A DNA stretch of 64,000 nucleotides from Candidatus Micrarchaeota archaeon (GCA_013360305.1 JABWCK010000001.1:17209-81208), one strand, 5' to 3'. Shown: positions 35,864-45,142, numbered from the stretch's first letter. Notes: generated from the sequence alone by a model not told the origin. Program-made: numbers and translations.

Positions 35864-36594
35864 TGCAGCGGACAGTCTCTTCTTTGAGAAACCTCGTAAA
35901 TCACTACTTCATTCTTTAACCCATTAAAGAAAGCGTATTTTCCAACTAACGCAGGCAATCCGTGAACTAGCTTGATGAATTCGTTTACTTGCATTGAAGC
36001 AATAACGCTAGTCGTCGTCGCTAAAGCAGGCATTTTAGAACTCATAAAGTCCAAAACTTCTCCCACGCAAGAATATTTTTTCCACAAAATCTTGTAATCG
36101 CTCTTAGTCAAAGAACACTCTAAGCACGCAGTCTTGTCAACTACTTGAATTTTACCGTTAAACGCGTTAGTTCCACCGTCAATTAAAATTATTTTCCCGA
36201 AACACTTAGCATTCAAATGAATCCTGGCAGCTAAGTTGTCAAGACAAGAAAAACAATAATCAAAACCCGCAAAGAATTCCTCACTCAATTCTTCCAACCG
36301 CTTGTCAACTGCAGTAATCTCGCTGGAATTGTTTAGTTTTTCCGCCTTCTCCTTCAAAACAAAACACTTCTTCTTCCCTACATCTTCAAGGGAAAAAAAC
36401 ACGCACCTATTCAAATTAACTTCCGCAATCTCGTCATAATCAACAATAGTAATCTTTCCTACTCCTAGTTGTACTAGTAACTTGACTGCTTCATTGCCTA
36501 ACGCTCCCGCTCCCAAGACTAAAACGTTCTTTGAACTAATTTTTTCCTGGCTCCAACCTTGAATTCTTTTTTGTCGATCGAAAACGTCAGTCAC
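35860..36594 (-). CDS. Ubiquitin-activating E1-like enzyme (ThiF/MoeB/UBA family)
   Basis: RQKRIQGWSQEKISSKNVLVLGAGALGNEAVKLLVQLGVGKITIVDYDEIAEVNLNRCVFF (E1 adenylation-domain signature); candidate catalytic/zinc Cys (KTACLEC); 244 aa; convergently overlaps the RING gene stop. Confidence 0.75.
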   Translation of the reverse strand: MTDVFDRQKRIQGWSQEKISSKNVLVLGAGALGNEAVKLLVQLGVGKITIVDYDEIAEVNLNRCVFFSLEDVGKKKCFVLKEKAEKLNNSSEITAVDKRLEELSEEFFAGFDYCFSCLDNLAARIHLNAKCFGKIILIDGGTNAFNGKIQVVDKTACLECSLTKSDYKILWKKYSCVGEVLDFMSSKMPALATTTSVIASMQVNEFIKLVHGLPALVGKYAFFNGLKNEVVIYEVSQRRDCPLH

Positions 36595-36630
36595 AATAAT
36601 CTTTTACTATCTCAAAGCATAAAACTAGTT

Positions 36631-37353
36631 ATGCCGCTTATTGTTTGCTCTAGTCAAAACGAGCTAGGCCTCAACGCTTTCAATTTGCTACAAGAAAAAA
36701 AAGCAAACTGCTTGCTGTTAGAAGAAAACGCTTTGTACTCGAAAAAACAATTCGAAACCGATTTGGTAGTGTATTGTTATACTCACAAGAGTTCCTCGAA
36801 CGAGCCTTGTTTTACTACCCACAGCCAAGGCAATTTTAGTGAAGCAAAACTAGGCGGGGAAGAAAAAACCCTAGCAAACACGTCAGGCACTGCCGTGAAA
36901 CTAGCTTACACCGAATTACTCAAACAAACCAACTTGCCTGTTTTTTTGGAAGCTACTCACCACGGACCAACCTCGCTTCATTCTCCCTCATTATTTATAG
37001 AGTTAGGTGCTACTCCGAAGCAATGGACTGACTTAGAATTACTAAATAACTTAACTAGTGCTTGCATTTCCGTAGCTGAAAAATTCAAGCCTACGCAAAA
37101 AGCGGTTTTAGGCTTTGGAGGCACTCATTACTGCAACGCCTTCCTGGAACTAGCAAAAAAAGAAAGTTTTTCGTTTATTTGCTCAAAACACTACCTGGAT
37201 TTTATTGATGCAGAAATGATTGAACAAATGGTTTCCAAAACAATCGAGCCAGTAACAAAAGCATTCGTCGACAAAAAAGGCTGTTCGGGCGAGCAAAGGC
37301 GAAAAATAATCTCGCTACTTGAAGAAAAAGCAATCGAATGCGAACTAGTTTAG
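36631..37353 (+). CDS. Archaeal-type D-aminoacyl-tRNA deacylase (DtdA)-like protein
   Basis: MPLIVCSSQNELGLNAFNLL N-terminus and LEATHHGPTS motif resemble the DtdA family; start taken at the internal Met because the longer ORF would overlap the E1 N-terminus. Confidence 0.4.
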   Translation: MPLIVCSSQNELGLNAFNLLQEKKANCLLLEENALYSKKQFETDLVVYCYTHKSSSNEPCFTTHSQGNFSEAKLGGEEKTLANTSGTAVKLAYTELLKQTNLPVFLEATHHGPTSLHSPSLFIELGATPKQWTDLELLNNLTSACISVAEKFKPTQKAVLGFGGTHYCNAFLELAKKESFSFICSKHYLDFIDAEMIEQMVSKTIEPVTKAFVDKKGCSGEQRRKIISLLEEKAIECELV

Positions 37354-38501
37354 TACTCGAATAGTTTTTTCTGGCTAAACAAGTTGCTCTTAGCTAAGTA
37401 TTTTTCCAACGGGTTCTTCAACCTCGTTCTCAATTCATCCTTTAATTCCTTAATTGAAGAAAAACGCATTGGCTGGTTTTCAAACGCGTGCTTTACGTTC
37501 TCACGCACTTCCCAAACCCCGACCGGAATGCTGTATTCCTTACTAATTTCTCGAATCACGCACACTCTAGCCTGCCGTCCTTGTTTTCGCAAAGCGTCGC
37601 AGACAGAAAATCGCGAAGCATAAAACCCGCCACCCTCGCTTTCAGCGTACTTAGTACGGCCCTCAAACGGTTCATGCTCGTAAGCGAAGTCGTGACCCTC
37701 CCACGCCTCGAATTGCTCGAATTCATATCTGCCCGGCAAGAGAATTACTTCGAAATGGTTAAACAAGTAAGTATTCGAATACAATAAAATCGAGTTATTC
37801 TCTGGAAACTCCTTGATTTCTTTCAGTAAATAGTCTGCAACCAAGTTGTCGACTGCAGTAATACTCCACTTGGTAGGCACCATTTTCTTCTTATTGCCTA
37901 AAATCCCTGCAGAAAACACTTTTTGAAGATAATAATAATCAAACCTGCCGACTACTTCCGGCAACGCCTCTCGAACAGTCAAGTTTTCTTGAGAAAGAGA
38001 ATCAATCTTCCTCGGAATAACCGGGTTTCCTGCTAAATCCATTTTCTCTAATTCCGCCGAAGGACCCATCGGCTGGCTCTTGTTAAAGAAAGAAACGTTG
38101 AAACTAGGCAGTTTTTTGAAAGAAACCTCTAAATCAATGGTTTTTTCACTCATTACAGAGTCCTTTAAATCCCCCAAAAACCTTTCCCGAGAACCAAAAA
38201 CACTAGTTTTCTTCATTCCCCTCGCTAAATTAGCTCTATATTCAATAATTTTATCAAAAGTCAAGCCATACCACTGGTCAGGCGAGTCCAAAAGACGAGC
38301 ATCCACTTCAGAATCCAGTCCCACAAGGGGGCCAACAAACACGTTAGGATAACCGTATTCTCCAACGAATAAATTAGGCGGAGTAGGGCCGAAAATATTT
38401 TTACCAATCTTCGGTATTTTTACATCAATTTTTTTCTTCTTAACCCACTCTAAAGGCGTTTCTCCAGACCAATCACTATTCATTTCATCAAAATAATTCA
38501 A
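37350..38501 (-). CDS. Nre-family (NreA-like) putative DNA-repair protein
   Basis: FGPTPPNLFVGEYGYPNVFVGPLVGLD resembles the conserved N-terminal motif of archaeal Nre proteins; 383 aa. Confidence 0.45.
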   Translation of the reverse strand: MNYFDEMNSDWSGETPLEWVKKKKIDVKIPKIGKNIFGPTPPNLFVGEYGYPNVFVGPLVGLDSEVDARLLDSPDQWYGLTFDKIIEYRANLARGMKKTSVFGSRERFLGDLKDSVMSEKTIDLEVSFKKLPSFNVSFFNKSQPMGPSAELEKMDLAGNPVIPRKIDSLSQENLTVREALPEVVGRFDYYYLQKVFSAGILGNKKKMVPTKWSITAVDNLVADYLLKEIKEFPENNSILLYSNTYLFNHFEVILLPGRYEFEQFEAWEGHDFAYEHEPFEGRTKYAESEGGGFYASRFSVCDALRKQGRQARVCVIREISKEYSIPVGVWEVRENVKHAFENQPMRFSSIKELKDELRTRLKNPLEKYLAKSNLFSQKKLFEY

Positions 38502-38520
38502 GCAAAAAATTTAAACCAAC

Positions 38521-38645
38521 GCTTTTACTAGTCTTTTATACGTCTTTTATGAGTCACTTACAAGTCATTTACTAGTCGCGTACAAGTCTTTTACAACTTG
38601 TTTCATGGATGAAGAAAGTCTTTTAAATGTCTTTTACGTGAGCAT
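38521..38645. repeat. Array of about seven short direct repeats (core GTCTTTTA[C/T]) in the divergent intergenic region upstream of the AAA+/wH ATPase
   Basis: gcttttactagtc / tagtcttttatac / acgtcttttatgagtc / caagtcatttactagtc / caagtcttttacaac / aagtcttttaaatgtc / atgtcttttacgtg at 12-20 nt spacing. Confidence 0.5.
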
Positions 38646-38675
38646 TAAGCCTTGTATTATTAAAGGGTAATAATT

Positions 38676-39842
38676 ATGGATTCTGTTTTCGAAGCAAAAG
38701 ATAAATTGCTGCATCATTTAAAATGGACTGAAAATCCATTTGTCAAAGACTTAAGAATAGAGGATGAAGAATCATTCTTGAAGTACTATTACCAGTTGGA
38801 AGCAAAAGAAATATTGAAAAAACTCGCCTTCGACGCTAAAGCATGCATGTTGATTGGTCCAAAAGGCGTCGGAAAAACCAGCGCAATGTATTTCGTGCGC
38901 TATTCTTTGCCTCAGGAAGAGTTTGTTTCAATAGTTTTCAAGCAGCCTCCTGAATCAATTGACTCTCTAGCAAGAGAAACCGGACTGTTTCCTTCAAACG
39001 AGGGCGGTTTAGTAAGCAATTTAATGAGTGTTTTCGGCAAAAAACCAGAAAAAAAGCCTATATCGCGCTCTGAACTAGTTTCGAAACTAAAATCAGTCGG
39101 CAAAAAACTAGTTTTCTTCATGGATGAAGCTCACTTAGAGAAAAACCACGACATGTACATGGAATTCAAGTACTTGCTCGATGAAGTCCCAAACTTGAGG
39201 CTAGTAATATCCGCCCTCGGAAAAGAAGGCTTTCCAGACTCGTTAATTCAATTAATCGGCGAAGGAAACATTTTCACTAGAACTGGTTTTACGAGGGAAG
39301 AAATGCTTGAAATAATCAAGCATAGAATAAACGCAGTAGGCGGCAACGACGTAAAACCGTTTTCTAAAGTTTTTTTGGATAAAGTATTAAGCGGACAAAA
39401 CTTGCTTTCTCCTCGATACGTTTTCGACGAGTTAAATTCATTCCTAGCAAGCATGGCTTTAGGCGATGACTCGTACAAGAAATACGAATACGCAGATGAT
39501 CCAATAATTCAATCAGCAATCCAGTACTCGAGTGAACAAAAAATTTCTAGAGCAAACGCTAATTGGTGGCCAATGCTATCGCCTTCACAACAAAAAATAA
39601 CCGAATTACTAGTTCGAGATGGAGAATTAACGCTTTCTGAAATAATGGAAAAGACTGAATTAAGTCAAAACACTGCCTTCAACGCGTTATACCAATTGCG
39701 CGGAGGCGACGAAGCAGAAAAAAAACGCAAACCAAGCGTGCCGTTTCCCTTGATTAAGGTAAAATCAATCGGTTCAGGCGCTAGGAAAAAAAACGTGTAT
39801 TCGTTGAATCCAAAAATCAGAAACTTGTTTACAATGCATTAA
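38676..39842 (+). CDS. AAA+ ATPase with C-terminal winged helix (Orc1/Cdc6-like or Arch_ATPase-type)
   Basis: Walker A GPKGVGKTS, Walker B VFFMDEAH, C-terminal wH (LSPSQQKITELLVRDGELTLSEIMEKTELSQNTAFNALYQL); 388 aa. Confidence 0.55.
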   Translation: MDSVFEAKDKLLHHLKWTENPFVKDLRIEDEESFLKYYYQLEAKEILKKLAFDAKACMLIGPKGVGKTSAMYFVRYSLPQEEFVSIVFKQPPESIDSLARETGLFPSNEGGLVSNLMSVFGKKPEKKPISRSELVSKLKSVGKKLVFFMDEAHLEKNHDMYMEFKYLLDEVPNLRLVISALGKEGFPDSLIQLIGEGNIFTRTGFTREEMLEIIKHRINAVGGNDVKPFSKVFLDKVLSGQNLLSPRYVFDELNSFLASMALGDDSYKKYEYADDPIIQSAIQYSSEQKISRANANWWPMLSPSQQKITELLVRDGELTLSEIMEKTELSQNTAFNALYQLRGGDEAEKKRKPSVPFPLIKVKSIGSGARKKNVYSLNPKIRNLFTMH

Positions 39843-39855
39843 CGGGGTGGAAGTT

Positions 39856-39990
39856 ATGAGTGAAGAAAAATCATTAAAACAAATCTTGGAAGAATTAAGT
39901 GGAAAAAACGTGGCTTACAAATTCGGCGTTTATGGTGGAGACGCAGTAATTCAAGTCGACGGATTCATGAAGACTTTAAGTTTCAGATAG
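39856..39990 (+). CDS. Possible small protein (44 aa), not in the ORF track
   Basis: MSEEKSLKQILEELSGKNVAYKFGVYGGDAVIQVDGFMKTLSFR, preceded by a GGGGTGG SD-like element 6-8 nt upstream. Confidence 0.25.
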   Translation: MSEEKSLKQILEELSGKNVAYKFGVYGGDAVIQVDGFMKTLSFR

Positions 39991-40059
39991 TTTGCAGCAA
40001 GTTTTTTTGTGGGAAAAAACTTTTTGCTAAAAAAAATATTTTTGTGGGTGGGTATTCAA

Positions 40060-40263
40060 ATGAAGTGTTTTTCGTTATTCGAAATGGACGACTTAATTCG
40101 CTCTGCAGGAGCTGAACGAGTCGACGAGCGAGCGAGTAAAAAATTATCCGACTTATTGGAGGACAAGGGTTCAGCAATACTAGAACGCGCTAGAATACTA
40201 GCAGACCACGCCGGCCGCACTAAAATAACTAAAGAAGACGTCTACCTAGCAGTAAACGTATGA
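40060..40263 (+). CDS. Archaeal histone (HMf-type histone fold)
   Basis: LIRSAGAERVDERASKKLSDLLEDKGSAILERARILADHAGRTKITKEDVYLAVN aligns with HMfB (GRIIKNAGAERVSDDAREALAKVLEE...AKHAGRKTIKAEDIELAV); start chosen at Met 40060 to give ~68 aa. Confidence 0.7.
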   Translation: MKCFSLFEMDDLIRSAGAERVDERASKKLSDLLEDKGSAILERARILADHAGRTKITKEDVYLAVNV

Positions 40264-40823
40264 AGCGCTGTGCATGGGTGGCTAACGCTACTCCATTAAT
40301 GTTGAAATATCACGACGAAGAATGGGGTTTGCCAGTACACGATGACAACAAGTTATTCGAAGCAATTGTTTTAGACGGCGCACAGGCAGGCTTGTCGTGG
40401 AATACTGTGCTAAACAAGCGAGAAGCTTACAGAAAGGCGTTCGCCGGCTTCAATCCAAAGAAAGTAGCTAGTTTTAACGAAAAAGATGAAGCCGCGCTGT
40501 TGCAAAATGAAGGCATTATCCGCAATCGTTTAAAGATTCGTTCAGCGATTAATAATGCAAGTCGGTTTTTGGAAGTGCAGAAAGAATTCGGGTCATTCGA
40601 CACTTACTTGTGGAGTTTTGTTAACAACAAACCAATTCAAAACAACTTCAAGACTTTGAAAGACTTGCCTGCCAGAACCGATTTATCTGACGAAATTAGT
40701 TTAGACTTGAAGAAACGAGGCTTCAACTTTGTTGGGTCGACTATTATTTACGCAATGATGCAAGCCATAGGCATGGTAAACGACCACACGACAGACTGCT
40801 ACAGGCACAAACAATTAATTTAG
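40260..40823 (+). CDS. tag: DNA-3-methyladenine glycosylase I
   Basis: RCAWVANATPLMLKYHDEEWGLPVHDDNKLFEAIVLDGAQAGLSWNTVLNKREAYRKAF: near position-by-position match to the Tag family; 187 aa. Confidence 0.85.
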   Translation: MKRCAWVANATPLMLKYHDEEWGLPVHDDNKLFEAIVLDGAQAGLSWNTVLNKREAYRKAFAGFNPKKVASFNEKDEAALLQNEGIIRNRLKIRSAINNASRFLEVQKEFGSFDTYLWSFVNNKPIQNNFKTLKDLPARTDLSDEISLDLKKRGFNFVGSTIIYAMMQAIGMVNDHTTDCYRHKQLI

Positions 40824-40842
40824 TTTTCAACTAATTTTTTTT

Positions 40843-41343
40843 ATGCCTTTATTGCACGAGTCTCTCTCCGATTTCCAAGAACAAGTTAGAAAGTCAAAAG
40901 GACGAATTATTGCAATAATTCACCCTTACTATGGTTCAAAAAAGACTCTAGAAAAACCCTACTTGGATATGCTGAAAAAGGTAGTTGAAAAATCTCGTTT
41001 TCCTATAGTTGTGTTTGAAGAAGAAAAGAAAGCACAAGAAACTCAAGAAAACATTCCGAACGCGTTTATGGTTCACACTTTTTCGGGTGATCCTAAACCA
41101 TTAATGACTTGGCAGTCTTTACATTCGTTATTAAAAGAAGCAGGCGTTTCTCAAATTCAAGTTGGTGGACGGTATGCTCATTTTGATGAACCTATTCCTC
41201 GCTACCATGAAGATATGCCGCCCTATGTTCTCATGGTGGGTTGTGTAAGTGGCGCGTATAAAGAATTTGTTTGGAATGGTTTTAAGGCGCGAGTTATTCC
41301 AGAATTACTTTATCCTGACAAACCAAAACTAGTTAGAAAATAG
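40843..41343 (+). CDS. Hypothetical protein (166 aa)
   Basis: Intact ORF; no motif recognised. Confidence 0.4.
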   Translation: MPLLHESLSDFQEQVRKSKGRIIAIIHPYYGSKKTLEKPYLDMLKKVVEKSRFPIVVFEEEKKAQETQENIPNAFMVHTFSGDPKPLMTWQSLHSLLKEAGVSQIQVGGRYAHFDEPIPRYHEDMPPYVLMVGCVSGAYKEFVWNGFKARVIPELLYPDKPKLVRK

Positions 41344-42762
41344 TTGTGTTTTCAAGACTTCTTTTGCTTTTAACAAGAATTTCTCATCATTTTCCTTGCT
41401 AGTATCAAACGTGCAGCCAGCTGCTGGCTTGTGGCCCCCGCCAACTCCGTTGACAATTAATCCTGCCGTCTTCATTACTTGGCCCAAGTCCAAACCCTTC
41501 TCTACTAGGGTTTTATTTCCTCTACTAGAAACCTTGGTTTTTCCTTTATCGTCCAAAGAAAAAGCGATTATTGGTTTGGATGCTTCAACGATTCCAGAAC
41601 CCAAGAACGCGCCGGCAATACTACCAATAACCGTGTCGCTAATTTTTCCGCGTCCGTCAAAAAAGTAGAATTCTCCAAAATCCATGAAATTCTCTTGAGC
41701 ATAGTTGATGCCAATACTGATTTCTTTTCGGTGTTCTAGCAACAATTTTTCAGCATCGCTGATTTTCTCTTTCTCGCCTAAACAAACGCTTACTCCCAAA
41801 TCTCCCTGGTCGTGGCGTCCGCAAGCGTTTAATAGCGTCGAGAACTCGTAAGCCTCCTTCATTACTCTAGTTTCTTCAAAAGGAAACAAGTAAATGTCTC
41901 CAATCATTTCCTTAACTGCTTTTTCAGGAACTTTCTTCTGCAGAGCGTAATTCACTAAAGCACTAATAAAACGCTTTTTTTCGCTATCATTCAAGTCATA
42001 ATACGCTATGTACGCGTTGCCTTGTTTTACTTGAATGGAGTTGTTTTCTAAAAAAACCGCGCAATTCTTTGACTTACCAGTCAACCCTGGAAGAATTGGT
42101 TCAGTGCAATAACTCAAAAATTGAGTTAACGGACGAGACATTTTACCAAACAAGCGCAAGTCCTTCCTTACTTCAACAAAACCCTTACTAGCAGCTTCCT
42201 CGACTAGCTTCTTGTTTAAGTCCTTAAAACCGCCTTCGCTGTCTTGCATGTCTCCAACTGCTCCGACAATGCCTAGTTGGTATATTCTCGCGTCACCCAA
42301 GTGCTTGAAACAATAAGCAGCAGTGCTAGCCGCGCTTACTGCAGTGCCCCCGTCAAAACCATGATAATGCGCATTAATTTGCTCTACGTCTGCTTCAACA
42401 GGCGGGTGGTGGTCAATAATAGCTATTTTTCCTCCTAGTTTTTCTCTAAGCTTGTCAGCATAACCACAACCCAAGTCAACGAAAACGTATTCCTCGCTCT
42501 TCGGAAGAGAATCGATCTCTTCCTCCCCAATCTTCTTCAAAATAATGTTCGAATATTGTTTGCCAACTAACTTACGAGCCAAACAAACGATTGCGCCCGA
42601 ACTCAAACCATCACAATCATAGTGGTGAACAATGACGGGATTATTCATTCCTAAAACAATGTCGCCGATTTCGCGAGCACGTTTTTCAAAACCAGCATAA
42701 TCCCTATCCTTGGGAGACTCGTTTTTAGGCGGTTCAAAATCCAAACTAGTTTGATACTTCAT
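41329..42762 (-). CDS. DHH-family RecJ-like nuclease (GAN / archaeal Cdc45-RecJ homologue)
   Basis: VIVHHYDCDGLSSG (motif I/II), AIIDHHPP (DHH motif), DHH-associated C-terminal domain; 477 aa, similar in size to archaeal GAN. Confidence 0.65.
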   Translation of the reverse strand: MKYQTSLDFEPPKNESPKDRDYAGFEKRAREIGDIVLGMNNPVIVHHYDCDGLSSGAIVCLARKLVGKQYSNIILKKIGEEEIDSLPKSEEYVFVDLGCGYADKLREKLGGKIAIIDHHPPVEADVEQINAHYHGFDGGTAVSAASTAAYCFKHLGDARIYQLGIVGAVGDMQDSEGGFKDLNKKLVEEAASKGFVEVRKDLRLFGKMSRPLTQFLSYCTEPILPGLTGKSKNCAVFLENNSIQVKQGNAYIAYYDLNDSEKKRFISALVNYALQKKVPEKAVKEMIGDIYLFPFEETRVMKEAYEFSTLLNACGRHDQGDLGVSVCLGEKEKISDAEKLLLEHRKEISIGINYAQENFMDFGEFYFFDGRGKISDTVIGSIAGAFLGSGIVEASKPIIAFSLDDKGKTKVSSRGNKTLVEKGLDLGQVMKTAGLIVNGVGGGHKPAAGCTFDTSKENDEKFLLKAKEVLKTQLFSN

Positions 42763-42834
42763 TTTACGATAATATTAGTCGCTAGAAGCAATAAACCAAT
42801 TCCGGTGCGGTAAACCGCTGTTTTATATTGGTTT

Positions 42835-43095
42835 TTGGTTTTAATTACTAGAATGAGCAAGATTTCTCAGAAAACGTTTCAAAAACTCGCTGAAAACACT
42901 TTAGGCATTTTGTACGAGCATTATCCTCGAGCGTATTCTACGACTGCTTTGGCTAACGAACTAGTTCGAGATAATGAGTTTGTGTTGAAGATTTTGTTGT
43001 TTTTAGAAAAAAACGGGTACGTCGAGAGAAAAGGCAAGAAATGGCAGCGATGGATTTTAACCAAGCAAGCAAAAGAAAAATACGACGTTATTTGA
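42835..43095 (+). CDS. Hypothetical small protein (86 aa), possibly wHTH
   Basis: Intact ORF; YVERKGKKWQRWILTKQAKEKY C-terminus. Confidence 0.3.
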   Translation: MVLITRMSKISQKTFQKLAENTLGILYEHYPRAYSTTALANELVRDNEFVLKILLFLEKNGYVERKGKKWQRWILTKQAKEKYDVI

Positions 43096-44386
43096 TTTCG
43101 ATTTCTTCGCCGATTTCGGGTACTACTGCGTCTAGGTTCTTGATTTTTTTCTCTAACTCTGAAGCGAGTTCTTCACTCTTTTTTTTCTCGCCGTGAACAA
43201 TGAACGCTCTCTTTAATCCAGACACGTTTTTAGCGAAATCAATCAATCCTTGAAAGTCGGCGTGTGCAGAGAATTGGAATTGGTCTACTTGCAAGTTAAT
43301 CGCGTAATCTTGGTCATCGATTTCGATTCGTTTTTCTCCGTCCAAGATTTTGCGTCCATTAGTTCCTTCAGCTTGGTAGCCCACTAGTACAATCTTGTTT
43401 TCTCGTTGAGAACCTAGTTCTTTCAAGTATTCCAAGACTGGTCCGCCGTTTAACATGCCTGAAGTCGTAACAATAATGCACGGGCCTCCGCGCGTGACGT
43501 CGCTGCGGTCTTTTTTCGCCGGCACTTTATAGAATTCGCTCTTGAATGGGTCGTCGTCTGATGTTAGGATGCGGTGTTTGACTTCGTCTTTCAAGTAAAT
43601 CGCGTTGTGCCTGTAAATTCGCAAGCACTTTTTAACCATTCCATCCAAGTAGACTGGTACTTGAGGCATTTGTTTTGTACGCATATAGTTCTCGATAGTA
43701 AACAATATTTCTTGTCCGCGGCCTATAGCAAAAGTTGGAATAATGACTTTGCCTTGGTTGGATAGTGTTGAATTAATGCTTTTTATCAAGGAATTGCTGA
43801 CTTCCTTCAAGGAAGGGTGGGCGTCTTTTTTAGAGCCGTAAGTGCTTTCCATTATTATTGTTTCGGCCGAGTGTTCTCGTGCGCAGCCTTCTAGTAATCG
43901 TGATGGGCGAACTGCAAAGTCGCCTGTGTAAAGAATTTTTTCTTTAGTCAAGTTAATCGTTGCTGACCCGAGAATGTGTCCAGCGTCTTTGTAGATTATA
44001 TCGCTAGCGTCGTTGTATTCTTTGATTTCAATGTTTTTCAACAATTTGTCTAAGTCTTTTTGAGTGTAGGCTTTGTTTTTGTCTTTGTTAATGCGTAAGT
44101 AATCTGCTAGAAGCAATTGAATCAAGTCGCGGGTTGGTTTAGTCATTTTTACTTTTTTTGAATAACCCTTAGCATACAGCGCGGGCAAATATCCAGAGTG
44201 GTCTAAGTGGGCGTGGCTTAACAATACTTCGTGCAAGTTTTTAGCTTCAGTAGTAGTAATTTCTGGAAATTCTTCAGCCCCGTCTTTTAGCTTGATTCCG
44301 CAGTCTAGCAAGTAGTTTTTGTCAGTTTTTACTAAGAAACTGCTTCGGCCTACTTCTCCGCTAGCGCCTAAAAACTTGATTTTCAT
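43088..44386 (-). CDS. beta-CASP metallo-beta-lactamase ribonuclease (aCPSF2/RNase J-like)
   Basis: N-terminus MKIKFLGASGEVGRSSFLV; HAHLDHSGYLP (HxHxDH); beta-CASP region with conserved D/H; 432 aa. Confidence 0.7.
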   Translation of the reverse strand: MKIKFLGASGEVGRSSFLVKTDKNYLLDCGIKLKDGAEEFPEITTTEAKNLHEVLLSHAHLDHSGYLPALYAKGYSKKVKMTKPTRDLIQLLLADYLRINKDKNKAYTQKDLDKLLKNIEIKEYNDASDIIYKDAGHILGSATINLTKEKILYTGDFAVRPSRLLEGCAREHSAETIIMESTYGSKKDAHPSLKEVSNSLIKSINSTLSNQGKVIIPTFAIGRGQEILFTIENYMRTKQMPQVPVYLDGMVKKCLRIYRHNAIYLKDEVKHRILTSDDDPFKSEFYKVPAKKDRSDVTRGGPCIIVTTSGMLNGGPVLEYLKELGSQRENKIVLVGYQAEGTNGRKILDGEKRIEIDDQDYAINLQVDQFQFSAHADFQGLIDFAKNVSGLKRAFIVHGEKKKSEELASELEKKIKNLDAVVPEIGEEIEIK

Positions 44387-44405
44387 TACTAAATAGTTAG
44401 TTTAG

Positions 44406-45110
44406 TTGTTTTTTTATACTCGCGTTAACAGTTTGTTTATAATGTCTATAGAGGAAATTGTTGCTTCGCTGAAATCAAAGCGTTTGGAAAAAACTCGAGT
44501 TAAAGACAAGGCTCCTTTTAGGGAACAGGACAATTGGAAGGCTAAAGCGCTAGCTTACAAGGAATTGTTAGAGAAATACTCTGAATTTATTGAGTTGCAT
44601 GAAGAAAAAACCATTCCAGAATTAAAAGCATTAGTGACTCCAAAACATGAAGCAGTTGCTTCGTTGAGGACTGACTTGTTTGAACAATTAAGCGTAGAAT
44701 ATTTGGAAGGCGATTCGTTCGAGAAATTCGTTTCTTTAGCTAGTGACTTCGTGCAGTCATTGCCTGCAATTGGGTCTGAATTGTCGTTTAGTTTTTGGCT
44801 CGCGCCCGAACAATCGTTGAAAGTAAAAGCAGGCGACTCGATGGATAAAGCGTTGTTGTTGTGTTCGTTGTTGTTGTCTGCAGAAATTCCCGCCAAGATT
44901 CGAATAGTTGAGTTAAACAATGGTTTGCGACAGCCTATTGTTTTAGCCAGTTTAGGTGACAGAGTAGTGTTGTGTGATTGTTCTGGAAAAAAGAAGCCTA
45001 GTTTTGGTTTGAATGACGAATCTGTTGTAGGGACTTACTCGTTTGAAGGAACTAACGCAGTCAAGAGCTTGTATGAATACAACGATTCATTCTACAAGGA
45101 CTTCGAATGA
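44406..45110 (+). CDS. Hypothetical protein (234 aa)
   Basis: Intact ORF; no motif recognised. Confidence 0.35.
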   Translation: MFFYTRVNSLFIMSIEEIVASLKSKRLEKTRVKDKAPFREQDNWKAKALAYKELLEKYSEFIELHEEKTIPELKALVTPKHEAVASLRTDLFEQLSVEYLEGDSFEKFVSLASDFVQSLPAIGSELSFSFWLAPEQSLKVKAGDSMDKALLLCSLLLSAEIPAKIRIVELNNGLRQPIVLASLGDRVVLCDCSGKKKPSFGLNDESVVGTYSFEGTNAVKSLYEYNDSFYKDFE

Positions 45111-45142
45111 ATTAAATTTCTTCTCGTTTTTCTAATTGTTGA

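Noticed and set aside
36559-36630. Longer N-terminal extension of the DtdA-like ORF (start at 36559)
   Set aside because: Would overlap the first 12 codons of the convergent/divergent E1 gene; the internal Met at 36631 gives the family-typical MxLIV N-terminus.
40009-40059. Longer histone ORF start (MGKNFLLKKIFLWVGIQ...)
   Set aside because: The hydrophobic extension is not part of the histone fold; starting at Met 40060 gives the canonical ~68-aa histone length.
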